From Epithemia pelagica (lineage: Eukaryota; Protista; Bacillariophyta), in the NCBI GenBank assembly GCA_946965045.2, contig OX337231.1, positions 1,302,001 through 1,366,000 on the forward strand: a DNA stretch of 64,000 nt, read 5' to 3'. The notes beneath the pieces are model-generated. The model was given only the letters and a program-made list of their open reading frames with translations. It searched no databases and was not told the DNA's origin. Below are positions 43,059 through 53,713 of this stretch, one piece after another (the first letter of the stretch is position 1; each line of letters opens with the position of its first letter). The position numbers were made by a program, and so were the translations under genes.

Positions 43059-44831
43059 ATGGATGACTATGTTGAACGCAATTGCATCCGTTTCGAATCG
43101 AAATGCTTCCCAATTTACTGTCTACATTCCAATGAGGCCTTTTTTTCCTTCATGTACGACTTCATGAGAACCACTCAACACGCTTCCATGACGTCGAATG
43201 CTCTACGAAGTGCCGTCCAAAGCCAAACCATCGCATGGCTCCTTCGCAACAACGGACATATCCAATTCCAAGAAAAGAATACATGGCAATCTCGCACACA
43301 CACATGCCGGATTTCGGAGTTCATTTTCTTCGAACGAGTTCAGCTGATTGTTGGAATTATTATACGGACCCTCAAGGATGGATATTCCCCTCACCAATCC
43401 ATCGATTCCTACCAACACTTCTTTGTTCCAGACGAACCTTTCTTCTCCAATCGACTGTTTCTTTCAATTTCTTGTCGTCCAAACATTACCGTAGTGAAGA
43501 ACCAACACTATTGGGACTGCCTTCAATTTACCTACGGAAAAAAACCAAGCCCACCACGCCCCCCTTCCAAGGCTCATTCGATTGTATCATCCTGGTTCTT
43601 CCGTACCGGTGTATCTATTGTCTGTAAACAAGTCCCGCAGGAAATGATCGTCGATTACTACGTCGAAGATTCAAAGGACAAGTCTACCGATTCAGAATTC
43701 TGTTTCCCTCTGTCCCTGAACCTTTATGTCTCTAAATTGGTGGCATCATTTTCGACCAAACGTATATCTCTCAAATCACAGGACAATTCACAACCATTGG
43801 ACCACACAATCCCATACAACAATTATACGGATGACGATAACAGAACCAAACAAACGACTCCGAAATCACGTCAAAGAAAACAACAATATCCCAAAAAGTC
43901 GTCGGTTCAGTATTCCACACACTTGTATTCAACACGATACCGCAACGCAATCATTTCCCAATTCTTGCAATCTACTTTGCATTCTAAAGAAGAAATACAA
44001 TATCCGGACAGACGACATCAACCGGGAGACCCTCCAAACCTAACAACACCCGCTCGATGCTCACTTCGTATTACTCCTGTGGAAGAAACCGTTCGACAAC
44101 AACGCATTTCGGAATTTTCCCAAATGATGTCTTTTCATGCTGAGCTTAAAGAGAAAGGAATATTTGCTCCACGTGATAAGTGGACTGCTTGGCTCCAATT
44201 CACTGATGACCCTACTGCTGATCGGCCTTTCATGATATTAATCACAATCTGCATGAGCTCTAGCACGTCCGATTCCCAACTGAGCTCTATAATCCCACGC
44301 TTGTTTGCATGTGGCCTCACTTCGGCAAATGCAGTAATCGACATTGCCCAACAATTTGGCATGAATGCTTTTTGTAGCCTTCTTTCGGAATCAGGACTGT
44401 ATTACAACAACACAGAGCGGATTGTCAACGCTGCAGATTATTTTTGTCAGTACCACGGTGGTAAAATACCTGAAGACATAACAATCTATGAGCTTACGAA
44501 ACTACACGGAATTGGATATAAAACTGCATGCATCGTCATCGAAGAAGCATTTCACCGAGTTGATGGCATACCTGCGGATATTCACGTGATCCGGTGGGCC
44601 GATCATCTCTCGTGGACTCCCAACGGCATTGTTGGTATTGCCTGTTCCAAAGTGTTGGAATCATGGTTGCCCCAAGACAAGTGGTACGCAATAAACCCCC
44701 TATTTGGTGCATTCGGTCAACATTGCAGTACCATAGACTCAAAATCAAAAATTATAGCAGCGTTGACAAAGACAGACCGAGTCAGCGACCCTGTCAGAAA
44801 GAAGATAATGACAATGATTCACAAATATTAA
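43059..44831 (+). CDS. HhH-GPD DNA glycosylase/AP lyase, endonuclease III (NTH1)-like C-terminal domain with an unknown ~370-aa N-terminus (590 aa)
   Basis: FMILITICMSSSTSD, GLYYN, YHGGKIPE, HhH LTKLHGIGYKTA (Lys at 44520), VDGIPADIHVIR (Asp at 44577) and LESWLPQDKWYAINPLFGAFGQ. No 4Fe-4S Cys motif. Confidence 0.88.
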   Translation: MDDYVERNCIRFESKCFPIYCLHSNEAFFSFMYDFMRTTQHASMTSNALRSAVQSQTIAWLLRNNGHIQFQEKNTWQSRTHTCRISEFIFFERVQLIVGIIIRTLKDGYSPHQSIDSYQHFFVPDEPFFSNRLFLSISCRPNITVVKNQHYWDCLQFTYGKKPSPPRPPSKAHSIVSSWFFRTGVSIVCKQVPQEMIVDYYVEDSKDKSTDSEFCFPLSLNLYVSKLVASFSTKRISLKSQDNSQPLDHTIPYNNYTDDDNRTKQTTPKSRQRKQQYPKKSSVQYSTHLYSTRYRNAIISQFLQSTLHSKEEIQYPDRRHQPGDPPNLTTPARCSLRITPVEETVRQQRISEFSQMMSFHAELKEKGIFAPRDKWTAWLQFTDDPTADRPFMILITICMSSSTSDSQLSSIIPRLFACGLTSANAVIDIAQQFGMNAFCSLLSESGLYYNNTERIVNAADYFCQYHGGKIPEDITIYELTKLHGIGYKTACIVIEEAFHRVDGIPADIHVIRWADHLSWTPNGIVGIACSKVLESWLPQDKWYAINPLFGAFGQHCSTIDSKSKIIAALTKTDRVSDPVRKKIMTMIHKY

Positions 44832-44919
44832 TCGCTCTCCTAGTTTGTTACCTAATTTCATTTTTGTCATCACTCATTACTCTTCATTCATTCATTCTTT
44901 GCTTGCATACTACTCATCA

Positions 44920-47900
44920 CTATTCATCATTCTCCTCGTCGTTCTCATCGTTGTTCTCCTCGTCATTCTCGTTATCCTTCATCTCATCTTCATCTTCGTA
45001 CTCGTCATCATCCTCATTTCCATCACTATCCACGAATGTATCGTCATTGTCCATACTATCCACTTGCTCACTAACCTCATCCTCGCCCTGGTCTTCTTCT
45101 TTGTCGTCCTTCTTTCCCCTGATGCTCTTCTTCCTGCTTTGTGCACTTGCCACACCAGCCATAGTATCGATAGTTTGTTGCTTTGATGCCGCATCCTTCT
45201 TATTCCGGGGAGAGAAGCGTACTGGTTCCGTTGGTTTTTTCCGTTTTGGTGTATTGGGTTTTGGCTTCTTACCAATGGACGATTTAGATTTTTTCTTGCC
45301 ACTACCACTGCTGGGATTGGGTGGGCACTTTCTCTTGCGCCTTTTACTCGAGTTCAACTTCTGATTGGTCTTTCTCTTTGTTGGTGGAGTGACAACAAGT
45401 ACATCGTCGGCATCGTCATCTTCAGCAGGAACATCACCTGGAGCCACCATGTCTTCTTCAACCACTGTATCTTTCTCATTATTCTTCCTATCACTCTCAT
45501 TCAGGTCCACCAACCCTGTTCCATCCTCGAAGTTTACCTCAAAGTCATCTTGGACGTCGACTAGTCCATCATCGTCGTCATTGTTGTCCATCCATTCATC
45601 ATCTAGTAGACGGTTGATGATTTCATCACTGTCTTCATCTGGTTCTTCTGGTGGCGGAATAGATGCATCAACCGAATCGTCATCGTAACGATCATCAATG
45701 GTGACATAGACAATTCGGTTTGCATTGACTGGAGTTGTGTCTTCTCCGTGTGTCGTTAGGGTATAGGGACTGACTTTCTTGTTCGCCTTTCGTCCTTTGG
45801 CGCTATTTCCAACAGGTCCTGAGCTATTGTCTTTGTTAGTAGCAGTCGGGTCAATCTTTGCCGGTGGTTTTGTGTCCATCGAGTCATTATCCAATGGCGC
45901 ATCGGGTGGTGGTTTTGTACCACCTGCACTCTTTCTACCTTGCAGGCTGTCTTCACTTGGTATTTTGGCACCTTCTACTGGATAGAACGACATTGTTACG
46001 GCGGGGTCCTTGATTACGTCTTTAGTAATGTCTTGAGTGTTGAAGTACCGCCGTAACGAAGACGTGGAGTCCCTCATTCCTGACACAGCAAACTTGTTGT
46101 CTTCTTCTTTCAAACTCTCTTCAATAGCCGCGCTAATTGCCATGTCATCAGGATCTATTTCTCGCTTATCGTATGATTTCGTGGTACCCTTTCCTGCCTT
46201 GATGTCCTTTTCGTTACTTTCGATTTCAGCCACTAGCTGTCGTGTTATACGCTCCATTGTGCGCATTTCATTTGTCTTCCTGTCCAAATTCGACATTAGC
46301 TTGTTCTGCATCATCCAACTGCCAATCGAGAAAATTCGTTCTTGGAACGCATTAGTTGCCGGTTTAGCCAACCACACGATAGCGGATGGAAACACGTAGG
46401 ACCAGTTACTTGAGTGTTTACGCCACCATCCCATTAAGTCAAAGAACCGACCCACTTCCAAATAGTTCCGACTGTGACAATGTCGGGCAAACATCTGCTT
46501 CTGAGCATCGTCCCATTTCGGCCATTCCTTGGAATAAGCCTCCGTTGGATATTGTTTGATAATATCCGCCCAATTGAAGTCAATTTGTGACTCGCAATGG
46601 CGGAGAAAGTCGTCATAGCACTCTGTGCATGCCTTTTTGAGTGCTTGTTGTATAACTTGCTCTTCGGCGGCCTTGGACGCTTTTCCAGTTATATTCAGTA
46701 GTGCCTGTTTTCTCAGGTCACTTGCTTGGCGCATTCTTTCAAATACATCCATAGACTTATATTTGAGAGTGGCTCTATTCGGCTCGACGACCAATTCCGA
46801 CGAGGAGTCAGATGTTTTCTTGTTTTGAGACGTCATCGCAGCTCCAATAGCCGAGACCCGATGGTTAGTGAAGCGGTCTATCATGTCGTTGATTATGATA
46901 GTGCGACCTTCCTTCACGTTGTCTTGATCGTATACACCGAAATTTACAAACATGTCGGCATAAACATTTGCCAAAAGGGGATTGCATCCAACGGCTTTTA
47001 AAGCGTCCGGATCCCGATTGTACAAATAGTAGCGAAACTCTTGGATGATTCGTCTCACCAACAATCTGGGCCCAGGATAGAGATCTTTGTATGGAATGGC
47101 TCTCCGTGCCTCATCCAAGTCGTCAATACTTTTTCTAGCGTCCCAATACTTTTGAGGTTTATTGGGTCGCAACAAACACCCAACACCACAGTCGGTACCT
47201 TCCATTCTCATTCTTTGAGCATGGTAGAAAGAAGTGTAAATTTCCAGAAGAGAGGCGGAGTTGGAACCAGGATCATCGGTCTGCAACTTCATTGCGACCA
47301 TCTTGATGTTGGTTAGGATGCCTTCGTATTGCGCGAGTTGCAACCATTCGTCCTCTGAGGGATACCGCTTCTTAAAATTGGGGTCGCTTAGAGTGGCTGT
47401 CTTACAATATTCATCCATGCAGGGCTTATCGCGAAACAAATTGTGAATTGACAGAACAAGCCCCCCAACCCGGGTGTCATTTGGCAAGGGGATCAGGACA
47501 ATTTTGCCACCAAATTTCTTGACTCCATCCTTCAATCGTTCCCACCGGTGTGGTGCCTTGCTGGAGGTCAACCAGCTCGCAAATTTCTTGAAAACACTCC
47601 ATAGATCACAAAAAGAGTCGTTGGAATCTATCAAAATGCGATTTTGGTAGCGTTGTACCAAGCCAGTAGCGTGTTTTAACACGAGCTTGGCCTTGTGCAT
47701 ATCGCACTTGCCAGTTTTGTCGGGATTGCCAATGATATACTTACCCGCCAAAACGGCAGATGAAGTATTATCGTTGACAGCAGCACATAGGTCAGCGGTG
47801 GAAAGACCAACACTCAGTAGAAGGGAGTCGGTCAAATTGGCCACGTCGGTGGCAGCATGCCCGTGACACTCTGCCAACCCAATTGGAATTTTATATACCA

Positions 47901-49017
47901 CGCAATTTCTCGGGTCGGTAAACATGATGGTGACACCGAGAACGTCATGGTTCTTTGCTTGCCATATATCGTGACAGCAGGTCACGAATGGTACAGATTG
48001 CGCACACAGACGCTTGTATTCGTCACGGCTCTTGCGTATAAGATGGCCGACCGTGATAAAGAATTGTTTGTACGAGGAGATTCGTACTTTTGTAATCTGA
48101 CGTCGGCTCATAATCTCAGCACGGCTATCCTTGAGTGCTGTCGCGTTTTTGATGGCGTATTGTATGAGTTCGCAAAATTGTGGTTTCTCAACTGTCACTG
48201 CGGGTAAGCAACAGTCGTTCACAAAACGGTATATCAAGGTCTGCAGCTGAGACTTGGCTTCAGATTTCGTCGTATTCTGGCGGAAAGTCGACAGCGTCGA
48301 TTGTTTGTCAGAAGTTTTTTTGTTGTTCTTAATTTCTTCATCCAATCCTTTGTGGTGCTTCAGAACATGTTGGTCAACGTTCGAAGGTTTGTAATGACTG
48401 CATAAGATGACGCATTCATTCAATGGTTTTGAACCAGTGTTGAAACAGAGTGGACAGATAACGGCTGTCTTGCAAATAAGAGAGTATCGTTCTTTTGCAA
48501 CTATGGGTTTTCGTTTTTCCGCGGTGTTCATGAAGGAGTCTTCTCCAATCTTCACTAAGTCCTCAAAAGCGGCAACCAGTTTGTCGAAACCATCGCGAGC
48601 GCCAGGAAGGTCTTCGAGTGTTCCTTTCTCTTGTTGTTCAACCAAAAACAACTCGAATTTCAACCAGTCAACGTGAGTCACCCATTTCCAATATGGGGAG
48701 GTGTTTCTGCCGTAGCTGATGAAGGGCGTAAACTTGCCATCGATGAGTGGGATGAGGTTCTTTTCTTCTTGGTGAAATTGTTCCGTAGTCTGGGCAACTT
48801 GAGCAAAGTCAGCATCGACTGCTTTCTTTTTCTTCTCCAAAGCCGATGGTTTCCTGACCAGTTGAGGAGACTTCTTCTTTGTTTTCGATCCAGGATTCTT
48901 CTTTTTCACCGTTTTCTTGGCAGGGGGTAGATGCTCTTCGTCAACTTGGTCCTTCTGTTCCACTATTTCGTCATGAGGACCAGGATCTGGGGCTGCTGCT
49001 TCGTCGTCGTCAGACAT
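44920..49017 (-). CDS. hAT transposase (1365 aa) with a BED-like zinc finger and a long acidic/basic tail
   Basis: CPLC...HVLKHH; CHDIW (first Asp); VNDN; CDMH (C/DxxH); NDTR; dimerisation region GWWRKH...PATNAFQERIFS. First ATG at 49017. Confidence 0.93.
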   Translation of the reverse strand: MSDDDEAAAPDPGPHDEIVEQKDQVDEEHLPPAKKTVKKKNPGSKTKKKSPQLVRKPSALEKKKKAVDADFAQVAQTTEQFHQEEKNLIPLIDGKFTPFISYGRNTSPYWKWVTHVDWLKFELFLVEQQEKGTLEDLPGARDGFDKLVAAFEDLVKIGEDSFMNTAEKRKPIVAKERYSLICKTAVICPLCFNTGSKPLNECVILCSHYKPSNVDQHVLKHHKGLDEEIKNNKKTSDKQSTLSTFRQNTTKSEAKSQLQTLIYRFVNDCCLPAVTVEKPQFCELIQYAIKNATALKDSRAEIMSRRQITKVRISSYKQFFITVGHLIRKSRDEYKRLCAQSVPFVTCCHDIWQAKNHDVLGVTIMFTDPRNCVVYKIPIGLAECHGHAATDVANLTDSLLLSVGLSTADLCAAVNDNTSSAVLAGKYIIGNPDKTGKCDMHKAKLVLKHATGLVQRYQNRILIDSNDSFCDLWSVFKKFASWLTSSKAPHRWERLKDGVKKFGGKIVLIPLPNDTRVGGLVLSIHNLFRDKPCMDEYCKTATLSDPNFKKRYPSEDEWLQLAQYEGILTNIKMVAMKLQTDDPGSNSASLLEIYTSFYHAQRMRMEGTDCGVGCLLRPNKPQKYWDARKSIDDLDEARRAIPYKDLYPGPRLLVRRIIQEFRYYLYNRDPDALKAVGCNPLLANVYADMFVNFGVYDQDNVKEGRTIIINDMIDRFTNHRVSAIGAAMTSQNKKTSDSSSELVVEPNRATLKYKSMDVFERMRQASDLRKQALLNITGKASKAAEEQVIQQALKKACTECYDDFLRHCESQIDFNWADIIKQYPTEAYSKEWPKWDDAQKQMFARHCHSRNYLEVGRFFDLMGWWRKHSSNWSYVFPSAIVWLAKPATNAFQERIFSIGSWMMQNKLMSNLDRKTNEMRTMERITRQLVAEIESNEKDIKAGKGTTKSYDKREIDPDDMAISAAIEESLKEEDNKFAVSGMRDSTSSLRRYFNTQDITKDVIKDPAVTMSFYPVEGAKIPSEDSLQGRKSAGGTKPPPDAPLDNDSMDTKPPAKIDPTATNKDNSSGPVGNSAKGRKANKKVSPYTLTTHGEDTTPVNANRIVYVTIDDRYDDDSVDASIPPPEEPDEDSDEIINRLLDDEWMDNNDDDDGLVDVQDDFEVNFEDGTGLVDLNESDRKNNEKDTVVEEDMVAPGDVPAEDDDADDVLVVTPPTKRKTNQKLNSSKRRKRKCPPNPSSGSGKKKSKSSIGKKPKPNTPKRKKPTEPVRFSPRNKKDAASKQQTIDTMAGVASAQSRKKSIRGKKDDKEEDQGEDEVSEQVDSMDNDDTFVDSDGNEDDDEYEDEDEMKDNENDEENNDENDEENDE

Positions 49018-50062
49018 TGAGTTCTTAAGCAAGCTGGAATGGGAACAATGAAGATTGGGGAGTGGACACTGTGGAAGATCAGTTGGAAACACATTCACGA
49101 GTGTGTTTTTGAGGTAGCACAAAGCAGAGGTGCAGATGATGATGACCCTCAGGCCTCATATCTCATCTGTTCTCTCATCGTTTGTATGTGATCATTTGGA
49201 ATATTGGAGATGTCAATGAATGGTTGGGGAATGAGAAGTACCTATTGGGTGAGATGAGGAGTGATTTTGTACTTATTGGGCGATAAGGAGATGTAATGTG
49301 GATGGACTTCGGTAATTAAAGTACTTGTCATGTGACTCTGGGAAGGGAATTGGATACATGAAGTACCGTCGTGGATTGGGGGGGAAGGACTTTGGGACAT
49401 AAAAGTACATGGAAATTGGGGGGCAGGTGTAATTTGGTAATTTAAATGAGATAATTGGAAAAGGGGGTGGGGGACTTTCGTACTTTGGGCTAAAATTAAT
49501 GATTGTGAAAGGTGTACTTGGACTTTGACAAATTACCGTAAAAGAAAGTACAAAATGATATAATTTGGTGAAATTGGTAATTTGGTACTTCACAACTCTG
49601 ATATGCATAGGTCAGGTTAGAGGCTAGCTAGGGTCGCTAGTTGCGACCTCTTCCCTCCTGAAGAGTCGAACCGCGACCGCAGAAAAGATGGTCTTCTTCA
49701 ACGTTCAGCTACAATATTTATTTATTGACCAACTGGTTGGTCTTGAATAGTGTTGGGGGAATGTGGCACGTGGAATGCCCGGGGTCATGGGCACGGTGGG
49801 CACGATACCCCTGGGCCCATTGCTGTCAAAATGACCATGGGCATTCCCAGGAGCGACTAAGCACGTAGACTTATATGAATAAGGGCATGCCCTTCGAATG
49901 GGGTAATCTAGGGGTAATCTAGGGGTAACATAACGTGCCATGGATAATGGGAACGCTCCCATTACAACCATCCTTGAAAGGCATGCATGGGTAATGGGAA
50001 CGTAACCATCAGTCCTCTTCCCCGTGCCCATCAGAATGAGACCGTTACCCGAACACTACCTA

Positions 50063-53000
50063 CGAGCTCCACTGCACGAAAGTTCTTCGCGCAGTAGCCC
50101 GTGCTTTACATTTTTGATTCTCGGTGAAACTTCCGGCCCTACGAGATTCATTACACCATACATTTTCCTAGAGTAAGATGAATTAGTCCGTGCCCAGATG
50201 AGATGCCATACGTTCACGGTATACACCGCAAACAACGATTCAAATCAACTTTCACCATGGTGAGGAGGCGCTTGCAAACTAGCTCAAACAGTACAAATCG
50301 CCTCCTCTACTCTATTAGTTACATAGATCTATGGGAAATCTTACTTTTACTCCTATGTGTTTCGTAGTGCATCGTTCACGATCCTCATCCATCCGATGCG
50401 TTCATCCATCCGACGCTCGTCAATCCATTTTGCCTTAAGTTCATTGTTGTTTCATCCATTGAATTCATGTCCAACAAGATACGAAAAGGGTCACTTGTCT
50501 CCGTTGCACCCAGTGACAAGGGATCGAACGGGGGCGTTGGCTTCGTCCAAAAGCACAAACGAAAAAGAAAGGACAACAGTGACGACGAAGCTGTTACTGT
50601 TGTTGACTCGCAGTCAACAGCACCCGACCAAACCACATTGGTTGACGTCGAGTATACTATCGACAATCGATGCTCCCAGGATGTTTCATCCGATCGTGTC
50701 TCTCACGCCATGCTGGAACCGACAGCTCGTCTCCGCCGTGGAGACCAAACAGCACGCCCCTCCCTTCTTTCAACTCGTCATGATCCCCAACTACAAGCCA
50801 GTTTGATTGCTGTGACAACTGAGGGACCCACGCCTGATGAGTGTACTCTTGTCTCTTCTCCAGGACCCCCAACTTTTTCGACTGCCTTCTTGCTTGATCT
50901 CTGTGGCAACAAGAACAAACAGAATATAGCTTTTGAGATAATTGCAAAGAGATACGAGAAGTGTGATGCTGGTTGGTTGAGAAAGCTTGAGTACGAGACA
51001 AACAAGAGCACGACACTTGATTCCAGGTACAAGCCCAACTTACCATCTGGCCAGAGGCAGCCGTATCTTTCTCCTTCTGAAAAACAACTCGCTTGTATGC
51101 TGCACTTTGCCTTGAACTCTCATGACTATAAAACACGCTATCTTGCACATGCTTGGGGAATCACCTCATGGACTTTACGCAACTGGATGAAGAACTTTCG
51201 CAAAAATCCCTTACCACAGCAACGCAAGACACGAAGTGATAAGGGCTTAACGCTTTTGACCTCAGAGAAGAAACGCCAATCAACTTGGACCACTCGATTT
51301 GTTTTTCTTAAAGACTACAGCGTAAAACATAAAGATTCAACGGCGACTGAAGCTATGGATGCGTGGAAAGCTATCGAGGATGATGAAGAGGCTATAGCTC
51401 CCTTCGAAGCTCTACGAGACGAATGGCTACAACAAGGGGCTTTTCTTCTACCAGAAATTAAACACAGACTACAATTGACTGGTGGTTCTGTCTCATGGGA
51501 AACCATAGCTACCATGGTTGCTGGACCTGGAAACCCTCAACCTATTTCTGCTGGTGCAATCCGACGGTTCTGTATGTCTCTGCCTAAGTCATCGTATAAA
51601 AGCACACGCATCATACCTGCGCTCAATCAAGCAAGCATTGACAGGCGATACTGGTGGAGCATCCAGTTTTCAATATTCTGGAGATCGGCTAAGACATTCA
51701 ATCACGTCCAACTTATCGTGGTTCATATGGATGAAAAATGGTTCTGGTCTATTGTCGTGCGACGAAACAAGAAGTCGATCCCCATGCTAGGAATCGAACC
51801 CGTGATCCATTCAGTCCAGCATAAGAATCACTTGGAGAAGACAATGGCGATTGTTGCTGTGGGATTTGTACCTAAGGACAACGATTGGATGAAAGGTGGC
51901 GATGGATTCACGGTTAGTCTAGTTCGAGCTGGACGCAAGGTCAAAGCGTCACGCAACACATATCGTCGAGTCTACAGGGACGATGGCTCGTTCCACTATC
52001 CAGCACTCCCGGAGAACATACTGCGGAAGAAGGGGGAGTTGTATTTCAAGAGTATGGAAATCACGGGAAGTTCACGAGGAACAGTAAAAGACCCAAAGTT
52101 TTCTCTTCTCCACGATTTTTATAAGGCCAAACATCTACCCAACCTTGATGTGCTAGCAGACCATGTGAGGTCTAGTTGTGGTAATCATTGCCGTGTGGTC
52201 GTTCTAGAGCAGTCGGACAATGCTGGCCCTCACCGTGAGGCAACGCTCAAAGCCTTCCTTGAAGATGAATATGAAAGCCGAGGATGGTACCTTGCCCCAC
52301 AGCCAGCCAACTCCCCCATAACAAATGTATTGGACGATTGCATCTTTCCGGCAATGTCCAAGCACGTTTCGAGGGAACAAGGGATTTCGAATCGGAGTGA
52401 CATATATTCAAACGATGCAATATGGCACTCCGTGCTCAAGTGTTGGCAAGAATTTCCGTCGGATGTGATAGCTCGTGCATTTATTCGTCACCGACAGATT
52501 GTAAACGCCATAGCTGCAGATCATGGTGGCGATCACTTTGTGAAAAAGGACAGTCTACATTGCAATGTACGAAACTGCTGTGTGTCCACCTACAATGAGG
52601 ACGGAGATGCAACTGGTGTGGAGATGCTCACGGTTTATGGGCAGGAGGACAGATTTCCTACTTTACGCTACGATCCTCCAGAAATCACTCAAAGTCTGTT
52701 GCACACAAACTTAAAGCGAATGAGCTCATACCAACTTGAAAAACTGATGGAGTGGATGCCTCAAGATCATGAATGGTTTCCTGATGTCGCTGGTGCCTAT
52801 GGCATCGTGCGTGAGAGAGAGGACGAAGACTTTGAAGATGGAGAAGTAGAAACAGACGAGGAACTTTAGTTTGATTGTTGCATGTTGTCTTGATTGTCTG
52901 GTTGCATCGAGTTGTCATTGTAGCTGCTTGTTGTGTTGTCCGTTCGTTCGTTCGACAGTACGTAGTTGATTGTTGTGTTGTTGATGTCGCCACTTGTTTT

Positions 53001-53705
53001 TCGTTCGTTGGTTCGTTCGTTGGTTCGGCAGCCCGTAGTTGATTGTTGTGTCATCGCCGAGTGTTGTTGCGTTCGTTGTCGCTGTTCTGGAACGAGGCTT
53101 TCATTTGCTGTGTTCGGACCACGCAAAGCCAAGAAGTTGATTGTTGGATGCGGACGGACGATAAGTGAATTGCTGCATTCATTGTCTCCATTAGCGTCGT
53201 CTTCTGATTGTCACTTCCTTCGATGCGGTTGCCGAGATTCTCGTCATGCTTGTGCTTCGGAATCATCCAGTAGATTGCCGTGTGTCCTTGCCGCTGCTCT
53301 CCTACGCCTCATCCATCCATTTCGGAGCTTCCACTGTCGTCCCTCCTTGCAATCTTGGTTCATTCCATCATTATCCGACTCCAATCTGGATCCTCTTGTT
53401 GCTTCCTTCCAACCCAAAAATGGAAGGTCTTCTAAATCTTGCCGTAGCTCCACAGATATCGAGAGTTCATCCCTTCCCGTCCATTCCCTCACGGTACACA
53501 TGAAGATCAAGCTTCCTGGATGGTCGGCGGAGTGTTAGCACCTTTCGTTGGAGGTGCACAGCGGTCTTTATCGGCCATGGTGGTGTTATGCAGTGTAAAA
53601 TGACCGTAGTGTTTTTCCTATGAAGCTAGAATCACTATAGAGAAAACAGTGGGGGCCTGAAAAACACGGGCTACTGCGCGAAGAACTTTCGTGCAGTGGA
53701 GCTCG
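50063..53705 (+). mobile_element. IS630-Tc1-mariner superfamily DNA transposon (3643 bp)
   Basis: Perfect 41-bp TIRs CGAGCTCCACTGCACGAAAGTTCTTCGCGCAGTAGCCCGTG (50063-50103 / 53665-53705); TA on both flanks. Confidence 0.94.
50467..52869 (+). CDS. Mariner-like transposase related to the plant DD39D clade (DD38D spacing here), 800 aa
   Basis: HMDEKWF, QSDNAGPH and QPANSPITNVLD, with 38 residues between the second and third Asp; uninterrupted ORF. Confidence 0.9.
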   Translation: MSNKIRKGSLVSVAPSDKGSNGGVGFVQKHKRKRKDNSDDEAVTVVDSQSTAPDQTTLVDVEYTIDNRCSQDVSSDRVSHAMLEPTARLRRGDQTARPSLLSTRHDPQLQASLIAVTTEGPTPDECTLVSSPGPPTFSTAFLLDLCGNKNKQNIAFEIIAKRYEKCDAGWLRKLEYETNKSTTLDSRYKPNLPSGQRQPYLSPSEKQLACMLHFALNSHDYKTRYLAHAWGITSWTLRNWMKNFRKNPLPQQRKTRSDKGLTLLTSEKKRQSTWTTRFVFLKDYSVKHKDSTATEAMDAWKAIEDDEEAIAPFEALRDEWLQQGAFLLPEIKHRLQLTGGSVSWETIATMVAGPGNPQPISAGAIRRFCMSLPKSSYKSTRIIPALNQASIDRRYWWSIQFSIFWRSAKTFNHVQLIVVHMDEKWFWSIVVRRNKKSIPMLGIEPVIHSVQHKNHLEKTMAIVAVGFVPKDNDWMKGGDGFTVSLVRAGRKVKASRNTYRRVYRDDGSFHYPALPENILRKKGELYFKSMEITGSSRGTVKDPKFSLLHDFYKAKHLPNLDVLADHVRSSCGNHCRVVVLEQSDNAGPHREATLKAFLEDEYESRGWYLAPQPANSPITNVLDDCIFPAMSKHVSREQGISNRSDIYSNDAIWHSVLKCWQEFPSDVIARAFIRHRQIVNAIAADHGGDHFVKKDSLHCNVRNCCVSTYNEDGDATGVEMLTVYGQEDRFPTLRYDPPEITQSLLHTNLKRMSSYQLEKLMEWMPQDHEWFPDVAGAYGIVREREDEDFEDGEVETDEEL

Positions 53706-53713
53706 TAGTCTTG

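Larger units (their letters stand above)
42504..49600. mobile_element. hAT DNA transposon (7097 bp) carrying a transposase and a DNA glycosylase cargo gene
   Basis: Perfect 21-bp TIRs CAGAGTTGTGAAGTACCAAAT (42504-42524 / 49580-49600); perfect 8-bp TSD ATATGCAT (42496-42503 / 49601-49608); subterminal AAGTAC/GTACTT motif clusters. Confidence 0.96.

Noticed and set aside
52870-53130. GTTC/TGT-rich low-complexity tract and its ORFs
   Set aside because: Simple repeats in the mariner 3' region; the ORFs are compositional artefacts.
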